A DNA stretch of 64,000 nucleotides from Tubiluchus corallicola (Eukaryota > Animalia > Priapulida), in contig JAQGDQ010000454.1 of NCBI GenBank assembly GCA_030141605.1, positions 124,503-188,502 on the forward strand, written 5' to 3'. Shown piece by piece: positions 54,191 to 64,000 of this stretch (position 1 is its first letter; every line of letters starts with the position of its first letter). The notes beneath the pieces are model-generated. The model saw nothing but the letters and a program-made list of their open reading frames with translations. It was not told the DNA's origin and did no database searches. Made by a program: the position numbers and the translations under genes.

Positions 54191-57100
54191 TTTGCGGCTT
54201 AGTGATATCTCTCTCGTGTAAGTATCGTGTAAGGTGGCACTGCATTTACTTGACCTCACAGAAAGAGCTGATTTTTTTAAATTGACTTCACAAATTAGAT
54301 GTGGCAAAGACCTACATAGATAGAGAATACCGGATATATTAAAGGAAGACAGGACGATCTTTCATATACTAAACCATTATCAAGTTCGGTAAAAAGTTTA
54401 CATTTTAACACAATTAATATTGCAAAAGTGTTTCTGATAATTAAATAATAAGTTCAAATCTTAATTAATGCGGGCGAGCCCAACTATTGATAACGCCACG
54501 AACTAACATAATTTTCAACAGTAAAAATATTCCACGAGCATGTTGCACGTGTTTGCGAAAGCAAAAATTCAAGTACAGTACTACTGTAAAATATTCAGTG
54601 TGTTGTACTAAAACTAGGCAAGTTTTAAGATAAAAATTAAAAATTTCAAATTTACCGCTGTACTCACGTATGAGCTGTCGAACATGTGTAGTTCGTCAGA
54701 AACTAACATATGTGCACTGAGAGGTACAGCATCTGTTTTTTGTGAAACGCGTTTCTGGAATGCAGGCGCTAGTGTTCGTCTAACTAGTAAATGGCGAAAT
54801 GCATGTAACAGCGAAGAACTAGTGGCGCGAACGTGAAATTGTGTTTGTGTGGTAATAATTGTTTTTTTGAAAAAACAATTTGTTTCCGTTCAAAAATTTA
54901 AATAGTAGATTGTTTTGTCCTACACTTTAAGATTAGACTCAGTTTTGCTTTAAACATCTTGTGATCTCGGGGCATCTTAATGAAGTTTGGCAACGCACTC
55001 TGAGTAGCCTAACTGTCATTAAGACAAATAAGACGAAAAAAATAAGATGAATGAGATTTCTACTAAAGGTGTAATAAAGCGGATTACGCAATTGTTGAAG
55101 GAAAGGTCTAACAGCTATGAATAAATTAGAAAACAAAAGTTAAGGTTTTTACTTTTTACATTTTGTAAAATGAAGATAAATTTACATAACAGAATTAAAA
55201 TGTGTACTTGCAAACCAAAACCATCCATAAGTCGGCTTAGTTAAAACTACGTTATGATGCTTCATAGAAGAATGCACCAAAAATTTGATAAAATGTCAAA
55301 TTTTTGTTTTCTATAAAAACAAATTCTAAAAATATTGGACTTTCATATTCTAGCATCAAATTATCAAGAAAATGTTCAAAAAATACTGAAAATATAATTT
55401 TATAACCCCGTGCTCACTTCTCTGGCTGGAAACCAGTACTGCAATTGTAAAAAATCTTGCATTTTCAAACACAAATTGTAGCTCGTAGAAGCAGATATTT
55501 TGCTTCGGGGTTTTCTTTCTGAAGTCTAGATCTTCATCAGGAAGAGCCATCTATTGGACTTAAACATAACTTCAACATAACTACGTCCGTAGCAAAGAAC
55601 ATTTGTGTGGTTGCTAAGTGTTTTGCGGAACCACGACAAAAAACAATGGCTAATTTTAACAGTGATTTTCTCAAGGTTGTTTTTCAGTGCATAGCCTGCA
55701 CCTCAACTTCATCGTGGATTATCTCAGCTTAGAAATAACATAGAGCGATGAACTTGGTATCAAAATTATTCCCGTGAAATGGAGATTCAGGATATTTGAA
55801 TATCTGGAAAAGATTAATTGCCGAGTTATGGACGATTTTGCTCTGCAAGCACACAGATATAACGGGTAACAAAAATTAAACTAAAGTAAACATGCATATA
55901 CTTAAAATCAATCTAAAACCTTATTCATTAAACACAGTAATCAATAATATTAATCGAAGATTTTCCCTCTCCAACTAATCCACCAATTCCTCCTTGTTGT
56001 GAATGTTTCATTGTCAAATGGCTTAAATTCATAAGATATCTTCATGTAGCCTACATTAGTTCCGGAAATTGTGCTTATTTTATCTAAAACCGGTATGTGT
56101 GATCAGATAGCGCTTCAAGTGACTCGAACTAGTAAATGACTCGCTGATTTGATTAATTGCGCATCCCCGAAAGAGCTAAGAGATGCTTCACGGCTGCATC
56201 GTGGTCAGAAAAATCGCCGCTGTTGTCGCATTGTTTAACAGTGTCATTGTTTTCCACAGATAACGGCCCATATTCGGCTGTGAATTAGTAACATTTAGAC
56301 CAAGCCTAGTCCTTGTACAATTGCCAGCATCAGTAATTATTGATTTTCTACTAATAAAGTTACCAAAATAAGATCTTTTTTCGGAATTGTGATTTGTATC
56401 AGCGCCCTCTTGACTCTGATTCAACTTTTACGACCTGCATCTACCTCAGTCTGAGAGTGAATGTTGGGACCTTGTTTTTCTGACACTTATCCGCTGGTTC
56501 CGGTACTTTTGTGTTGTCCGTTTCGCTCCTGCGATATGGTGCTTCAACCAACAAATAATAACATAAAAATGCATTTGTGAAAATAAAACAAAGTAATAAC
56601 AAATGCCAACGTACTCCTTTCAAATACAGTCATAGTTGCACAGTAACGGCTCTGATTTTACTAATGGACGCTAATTTGCATTAATCTTAGAACCTATTAC
56701 AAGCTCCGCAAAGTAAGAAGTATAGTTAACTACTTTAGTTTAACTGGAAGTCAGCCACTGTAATTAACTGATGCATTAAATTGTCAAAACAATGTAAAAG
56801 AACGTTATACTCGGAGATGTGTCGTTTTCTGATAATTAAAGTCAAACTAAATACTTACGATAATACAAGCTTCTACAACTTAAAATCCTACTCACGTTAC
56901 GGATATTCTCCTTACTGTAAAGCTTGTTTCTTTTGATTTTTTAACACTTCGTTGTTGGTGGTATTTGCATTGCGCGAGACGGAATGACGTTATGAGGACA
57001 GCCACGGGGTCACTAATGATTGGTAAACAAACGTTGTTAATGTTGCGTTTTGTTTCTCTCGGAAGGCTCGTGGAGAAAACAAGAAAACACGTTGTCAAAT

Positions 57101-57458
57101 TAAACAGGTTTATTGTGTGAGAATTCCTCAACAAAAAGTATGAAGGAACGCAAAATATGTACAGTCAAGTGATAGGAAAATAGCATACGATAATCTGAGA
57201 ATACGAGAATAAACTTGAGCGGTCAGCTCCGCCTTATATATCAATACAAATGGACGACACCAGAACAATCTAGAAACTACTACGCGCATCGCGTATAGAA
57301 AGTTCTAGAATCTACGATTGCTTCTACAAGGTAAACAGATTGGTTCTACTATACAATAGAACATTCTACAATTTCTGTTCAGTTCTAATGGATCTCCAAA
57401 ATATAAGCTAATACAGTAGACGTCGTGTATTAGACTCACGGTAATGTAGAATCAATCG

Positions 57459-58772
57459 TATCACCTTTCTTAATTGAAATGCCTAATGCTTCCGTTAATC
57501 TTGATCGTATAGTGTAAGGTGACTTAAATCTATATATCGCATAGATTGAATTTAATATGTCCGCTTAATTTCTAATTGCTATAAGGTGAATCCTTCACCT
57601 GACTCCGAGAGCTTCAGATATCAGTCTAGTAAGCAATGATCGTCTTATCTAAACTTCACCTTGACCTTCGCGTTGTGAGAAAGATGTATTTCTCTCAAGT
57701 TTCCTAGCGACGCTCCCGCAATATGAGCGCTAGTTAAATCAAAGCGAACTAATCAGATTCGTATATCGGAAATAGTGTTGCTTGAGTTAAACACTCTGAT
57801 AACATACATTAACTCAATCGTTAAATGTCAAAGAGAATTGCTTTATTGATTTACAATAATTACTGCTTCTAGATAGCTTACAAGATTTAGTCCTTATGCG
57901 CTTTTGACGCGTACAACTAGTTTATAGCTTTCCAAAAGTATCTTTCTGAACAATTCTTCAATTCCTATCACCTAAGGTGTACACTTTACACTTCTCCTAT
58001 CTATAGTACAATGTGAACTTATGCGAACTACCAATATGCACAGTTAATTCTCAGTTTACCAATATGTCAAGATTACTTAACTCTGCGGATTGACCCAATG
58101 TACCCCGTACAATTTGGTCAACTCCGATAGTTTATATAAGACTTCTCGTTGCCCAGTGCCTAGATTATCCTAGGAACGCAGAAAGATGTCTACGCTGAAC
58201 TTCTCAAGTTGTCTCGTCTGTCAAATAGCCCTCCTTGTGTGATTTGCCGCACACACTGCACGTGTCTCCTCCAATACGATCGGGTGGAACGAGCGCTGGG
58301 TTATTCGAACCCGGGGCTTATATTTCATTGAAGTAACCTTGCAACAACCTTGCACGATTGCAACGTCGCATGCAACATTAAGAACGTCGCACGAAACATT
58401 AAAATTTATGGGACAGTTCGGAGGACATAGTCATCATACGCCCGTAAAACTTATCCGTCCTCTTTCTTCAAGAAACAGTGACCTCGCAGAGTTTTCGTTA
58501 ATTACTAGTAACTTGTGCATATTGCTCATTATAAATGGTACATCCGTCTCAACCTAATATTAGCTAATTATCCTGAGCACCTTAGAGTGTCCTTACGTAA
58601 ACGATAAGTTTACTTCTTACAACCTACGCTTTTTACAGTTCATTAAATTCGAGCTTTAACAGCTGAGTGAGTTCCTATTGCACCATCTGTAAATTTATTC
58701 ATGCAATCAGGGAGGCAGGCGACTTCATACCAAAATATCGAAAATCATCGATTTATAAATTTATTCACCACA
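57459..58772 (-). repeat. 3' LTR (1314 bp)
   Basis: Minus strand reads TGTGGTG...GGTGATA; about a dozen substitutions versus the other LTR by eye. Confidence 0.95.
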
Positions 58773-58773
58773 A

Positions 58774-58784
58774 CTTTCCTCCCC
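58774..58784 (-). promoter_or_regulatory. Polypurine tract
   Basis: GGGGAGGAAAG 1 nt before the 3' LTR. Confidence 0.88.
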
Positions 58785-59239
58785 TAACACTCACCTCAGA
58801 TGTAGCACGCATTTAATGATTCGATCTAAGATCTTATCTTTTGGAAGCTCCTTAATTAGGTACATTAGCAATATTACATGTTACATCTTAATATATTATG
58901 GGACGTTCCATCTTGGAGGTCATGGTGGCGGGATACCATTGTCCATCGGGTATCTTTGACTTGCTAGACCGGGGTTGTGATTCCATTGATCTCTTGAGAT
59001 TCTTCCTCAGATACACCCCTTATTGTCTTTCCCGACTTCATCTTCTTCCCGCCTTCCATCTCCAACGGTCCCATCATTCTGTAACATAAAATACATTCTG
59101 CAGTATCATAAGTTCATCATGTACGATTATTTACATAGATCCCTTTAAACCTAATTGGGTGGTTCCTCTACCATCATCCAATATTACCAGCCTGTTATGT
59201 ATATACTAACTACAATTTTAGTATTATGTCCATCCTCAA

Positions 59240-59671
59240 TTATATTTCTGTGACCCGTTCGATCCTTATCGGGTTAGTTTTTCGGGCAGCGGGTTGAGGT
59301 ATTTCCCTCAACTCCAGCTCCTCAGGGTCCTCAACATGCCGTCTAGCCCTTTTAACCTTAACCCTGGGTTCCTGTTCTTCAGGAGTCCCAGAGGGCATGT
59401 GTCTTGTCACCTTAACAGGTTGTTCGTCGTCAGTCGGGGTTTTGGTATACTTATTACCTATTCTAGGCATCAAAGAATTTAAAACCAAAAGGCCACTTCT
59501 CCTTTTCCAATAGCAGAATACTCCTACTATCAGGAGTACGGCCACTATAACCCCTATTAAGACCCATTTCCTAAAACCCATTAGCCAATCTGTGGCTCCC
59601 GTCTCGCCCACGCTTTTGGTCCTTTGGGCTCCCCTGTATGGGACGCACCCGGGCTGGACCCCTTTCCACAC
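59240..59671 (-). CDS. Type-I membrane protein remnant in env position (TM and cytoplasmic tail)
   Basis: WVLIGVIVAVLLIVGVFCYW followed by KRR stop-transfer and a ~85-aa charged tail; the frame extends upstream past one TAG (59681-83). Confidence 0.55.
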   Translation of the reverse strand: MWKGVQPGCVPYRGAQRTKSVGETGATDWLMGFRKWVLIGVIVAVLLIVGVFCYWKRRSGLLVLNSLMPRIGNKYTKTPTDDEQPVKVTRHMPSGTPEEQEPRVKVKRARRHVEDPEELELREIPQPAARKTNPIRIERVTEI

Positions 59672-60507
59672 AGTGCATCTCTACGTGCCACTGTTCTCTG
59701 CTTCTCGACCTAACCTTTTCAGCTTCAGTCGATCACAGAGACTTAGCTCGCCTGGTTACAATTCGGCTTGCTAAGGCCTGACTGTACATTGAGCAATCTC
59801 ACTTTACCTCCAATCAGTGAGACTACCGGCCGGTGACCCAGTCGATAGCGATCACGAAGATGACTTGCTTGCAGTTCACTAGCATAGCAAACCATCCCCA
59901 TCCCTTATAGGGACCAAAGGGCTCACGCCCAGAGGCAACCGACGGTCTGATCCATAGGAAACCTTGCTATCCCTCTATGAACTTTGACCGTTTTCACCAG
60001 CCTAGCCTGTTCACTAGAGAAGTGCTATAAAAGAAGCAAAATTCACACTTCACCTAGCTAGGTGAGGACTGTCATCCTCGTACCACGTATGTACCACTTA
60101 TTCCACAACTGCAGGCTTACATTAGCTGACTCTGTGGCAGTACCAGAACTTTTTCTGCCTGAGCTACCAGCTTCCTAATTGACCTTTCATTTGTCAACAT
60201 TTACTTACAATGCACCCTGTGCATGTCGTGGCATATTCCTCGCCATCTTAATTCATCATACTCATCTCGGCATTCCATTGCCCTAATTACTATCATTACC
60301 TCGGCATCCCAGTGCCGGAACCTAACTCTTTACCTCGGCATCCCCGTGCCGGAATCTAACTCTTTACAATAGTTTGCTGCAGTTGTGAACAGTACGACAC
60401 ATACGCCGACTAGAAGGTACCACAGTAGGACGTTAATTCGCCCTTCCTCAGCAGAAAGTTATCAAACTGCCTAGGATCCTTGCGGACCCACTGCCTCCCG
60501 TTACGCA

Positions 60508-61110
60508 CTAACACTTGAGGTGCCCATCCCTCTTGTTAATGTGTTTTGTCACTTCTGCACACAGCTGTTCTACGAACGTCACAAATTGAGACCAATTCAT
60601 GGTAGACCAAACCTCACGGTTAGCGTCCAGGTAAAGGGCGCAAGCACCGTCAACAGTCATATAGGCCAATCTCACACACACGCCACCAGCATTCTGAGAA
60701 TCGGGCGAAATACAGAACCCCTTAAACGTAATGCTTTGGACCCAAGTGCGGAACTTTTCACTGCACTCTATTTCTTGACCTGTAAATTTAGGCAAATCTG
60801 CCAAGGCGCTACATAAGGCCCACTGGTCAGTAAAGGTCCCTATTTGAGATGAGAGATAGCTAGCCCTTTCTACTAGAGTGGGTACCGCCCCACTTGTTTG
60901 AGCAGCTGTTTGCTCATCTAATTTACTCTCATCTTTAGCGCTTTCCGCGCTCTGTTCACTATCCCGTATCCTTCGCAGAACTACTGCATGTAAGGCCTGT
61001 ACCTCCGGACTCTGCCCGTCTAACCAACCGATCGGGAGACTTCCGGTTCTGATCCAGCTCTCAAGTTGAGCTTCTGTTATTTCTTGAGGGTCAGACATAA
61101 TTTTTCGCAA
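60508..61110 (-). CDS. Gag/capsid-like ORF (~195-200 aa, probably truncated)
   Basis: First ORF after the PBS; LPKFTG...FRTW...GA...W..F..F pattern typical of Ty3/gypsy capsid N-lobes; no CCHC knuckle. Confidence 0.65.
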   Translation of the reverse strand: MRKIMSDPQEITEAQLESWIRTGSLPIGWLDGQSPEVQALHAVVLRRIRDSEQSAESAKDESKLDEQTAAQTSGAVPTLVERASYLSSQIGTFTDQWALCSALADLPKFTGQEIECSEKFRTWVQSITFKGFCISPDSQNAGGVCVRLAYMTVDGACALYLDANREVWSTMNWSQFVTFVEQLCAEVTKHINKRDGHLKC

Positions 61111-61443
61111 CTAGGCGCAATCAACAAAATTATCTTCAATACAATAACACGGCTGTTAACACCTTCAGGCAGTACAAAAACCACTTACCAATTAATGTGG
61201 GGATCTCCGCTTCGTTCTGGTGCAGCCTTCCGATCCGTTACCAGGGCGGTAATTACTTTCCAATTTCTTGAATGTCCGCAAGGCTTGCTTAATTACTCTC
61301 CGATGCGTCTCGTTTAGTCGCGTTTCCTGAGAATAACGTACTTATCGTATATAACAAGTTCACAATGTTTACAAAATTCCGAACCTTAATTACAAAGTTA
61401 CAAAAGATTGCAAATACTAAATAGCAAAACACTAAATCCGCGA

Positions 61444-61454
61444 TCACGGCACCA
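61444..61454 (-). promoter_or_regulatory. Primer-binding site complementary to tRNA-His 3' end
   Basis: TGGTGCCGTGA begins 2 nt after the 5' LTR; tRNA-His ends ...UCACGGCACCA. Confidence 0.88.
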
Positions 61455-61456
61455 GT

Positions 61457-62770
61457 TATCACCTTTCTTAATTGAAATGCCTAATGCTTCCGTTAATCTT
61501 GATCGTATAGTGTAAGGTGACTTAAATCTATATATCGCATAGATTGAATTTAATATGTCCGTTTAATTTCTAATTGCTATAAGGTGAATCCTTCACCTGA
61601 CTCCGAGAGCTTCAGATATCAGTCTAGTAAGCAATGATCGTCTTATCTAAACTTCACCTTGACCTTCGCGTTGTGAGAAAGGTCTATTTCTCTCAAGTTT
61701 CCTAGCGACGCTCCCGCAATATGAGCGCTAGTTAAATCAAAGCGAACTAATCAGATTCGTATATCGGAAATAGTGTTGCTTGAGTTAAACACTCTGATAA
61801 CATACATTAACTCAATCGTTAAATGTCAAAGAGAATTGCTTTATTGATTTACAATAATTACTGCTTCTAGATAGCTTACAAGATTTAGTCCTTATGCGCT
61901 TTTGACGCGTACAACTAGTTTATAGCTTTCCAAAAGTATCTCTCTGAACAATTCTTCAATTCCTATCACCTAAGGTGTACACTTTACACTTCTCCTATCT
62001 ATAGTACAATGTGAACTTATGCGAACTACCAATATGCACAGTTAATTCTCAGTTTACCAATATGTCAAGATTACTTAACTCTGCGGATTGACCCAATGTA
62101 CCCCGTACAATTTGGTCAACTCCGATAGTTGATATAAGACTTCTCGTTGCTCAGTGCCTAGATTATCCTAGGAACGCAGAAAGATGTCTATGCTGAACTT
62201 CTCAAGTTGTCTCGTCTGTCAAATAGCCCTCCTTGTGTAATTTGCCGCACACACTGCACGTGTCTCCTCCAATACGATCGGGTGGAACGAGCGCTGGGTT
62301 ATTCGAACCCGGGGCTTATATTTCATTGAAGTAACCTTGCAACAACCTTGCACGATTGCAACGTCGCATGCAACATTAAGAACGTCGCACGAAACATTAA
62401 AATTTATGGGACAGTTCGGAGGACATAGTCATCATACGCCCGTAAAACTTATCTGTCCTCTTTCTTCAAGAAACAGTGACCTCGCAGAGTTTTCGTTAAT
62501 TACTAGTAACTTGTGCATATTGCTCATTATAAACGGTACATCCGTCTCAACCTAATATTAGCTAATTATCCTGAGCATCTTAGAGTGTCCTTACGTAAAC
62601 GATAAGTTTACTTCTTACAACCTACGCTTTTTACAGTTCATTAAATTCGAGCTTTAACAGCTGAGTGAGTTCCTATTGCACCATCTGTAAATTTATTCAT
62701 GCAATCAGGGAGGCAGGCGACTTCATACCAAAATATCGAAAATCATCAATTTATAAATTTATTCACCACA
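61457..62770 (-). repeat. 5' LTR (1314 bp)
   Basis: Direct repeat of 57459-58772. Confidence 0.95.
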
Positions 62771-64000
62771 ATCGCCTAGTTGTCTCAGAAACGTCTAGTA
62801 CGGGCAACTCCTACGCAGGTGTATATAAAAATTATCAGCAATTGACTCAACTAATTCCCCATACTTTCGATTCTATACGTAGAGATACACGTGGTTACAC
62901 TGATGTAATGATGTAACCAAAGTGACGGCTCACCAACTAGCGGTCAGCTCGTGAAATAACGGATTGTGCCCATATCATGCGGGACTTTTTAGCGGTTCAC
63001 ATTCTGTCCGATATAAGTAAAAACGAGGTCCGACAAACCGAGATATTGTTACACAAATTTATGCCGCTCCGCTAATTACAATTATTAGCATTCTGTGGCG
63101 TCTAACAACAATTAAATAAACACACCAGCATTCTAATTAAAATTTAAACAAATCACAATAAAACCCAGTGAATTTAAACCAGATCCTCTACACAACACGA
63201 ATTTATTTCGAAAAGGCTAAAATGAACAAGCAAATCTTGAGTTTTGTTAATTCAAGCAAAACCGGACACAATGTTAAATAGTAGGTCAAAACAATCCACT
63301 CTTTAAAATATTAAAAGGAAACATACTATTTTTACAAAAATGACTTACATGAAAGAATTATTACTATACAAACACAATTTCACGCTTGCGCCACTAGTTC
63401 TTCGCTGTTACCTGCATTTCGCCATTTGCTAGTTAGACAGTCACTAGCGGCTGCATTTCACAAAAAACAGGTGCTGTACCTCTCAGTTGAGATGTGTTAG
63501 TTTGCGACGAACTACACCATTTGACAGCTCATGCGTGAGCACAGCGGTAAATTTGAAATTAGAATTTTTATCTTAAAACTTGCCTAGTTTTCAGTCATTA
63601 GTGGGGGTGCTGCAAAATTAAACTTTTTTAGCCATTGTTTTGATGCTGTGTAGAACGAAACAAACATACGTAATTATAATGTTGTAATTTCTAAAACAAA
63701 CAAACTAATTTAAACATAACCTTGTTAAATTCCTAAACAAAAATTATTTTCTCACGAATGGCCTAAATTATCACAGTTCAAGAATATACCGATACACGTC
63801 TTTAATATACATGACAACTGACAACACGTACTGTTTTGAGCGACAGTACTCTTTCTACCTAAAGTACAGCGTTTTATCTCAGACATGTGCGCATGGCCGC
63901 ATGCGCACACCAGTCAAACACCACATTGCTTGGGCTGTAAAGCAAACTGTCCTTCCATCACGTGCTCCGGTTCTGCACAAGTGTAAAAAAAGAACTAAAG

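Larger units (their letters stand above)
57459..62770 (-). mobile_element. Non-autonomous LTR retroelement (Ty3/gypsy-like): LTR-PBS-gag-like-TM ORF-PPT-LTR
   Basis: Two 1314-bp direct repeats, 4-bp ATCG TSD (57455-58 and 62771-74), PBS and PPT correctly placed for the minus strand, 2684-bp interior. Confidence 0.93.

Noticed and set aside
58339-58557. Identical 72-aa ORFs at 58339 and 62337
   Set aside because: Duplicated only because they lie in the LTRs; TTG start, antisense to the element, no motif
60420-60452. Hammerhead in the LTR element interior (CTGAGGA plus hairpin, retrozyme hypothesis)
   Set aside because: No GAAA box after the stem, and no CTGANGA core found in the LTRs

Overview
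AT-rich invertebrate metazoan genomic DNA with spliceosomal GT-AG introns and dense transposon content. It is not prokaryotic. (1) 3802-22928 (+): 13 coding exons of a GRIP1/GRIP-family 7-PDZ scaffold gene; the 5' exons lie upstream of the window. (2) 25331-27385 (-): a 5'-truncated CR1/L2-group LINE with an open RT frame. (3) A tandem duplication (~23.4-35.5 kb vs ~46.6-54.3 kb) carrying two paralogues (-) of an unrecognised secreted protein built as signal peptide, short collagen helix (171-nt exon) and a His/Tyr/Gln-rich tail. Only copy 1 has a ~228-aa almost pure Asp/Glu/Gly domain inserted after the signal peptide. (4) A class A GPCR with a single coding exon (39128-40153, -) between the paralogues. 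(5) A young 5.3-kb LTR retroelement (57459-62770, -) with 1314-bp LTRs, an ATCG target-site duplication, a tRNA-His PBS and a PPT. It encodes a Gag-like ORF and a type-I membrane ORF but no recognisable pol. (6) Minimal hammerhead-ribozyme-like motifs in palindromic Penelope-type repeats, many hAT-, Kolobok- and mariner-like MITEs, a decayed RTE-X-like LINE, and mini/microsatellites. All calls were made by eye; no database searches were run.
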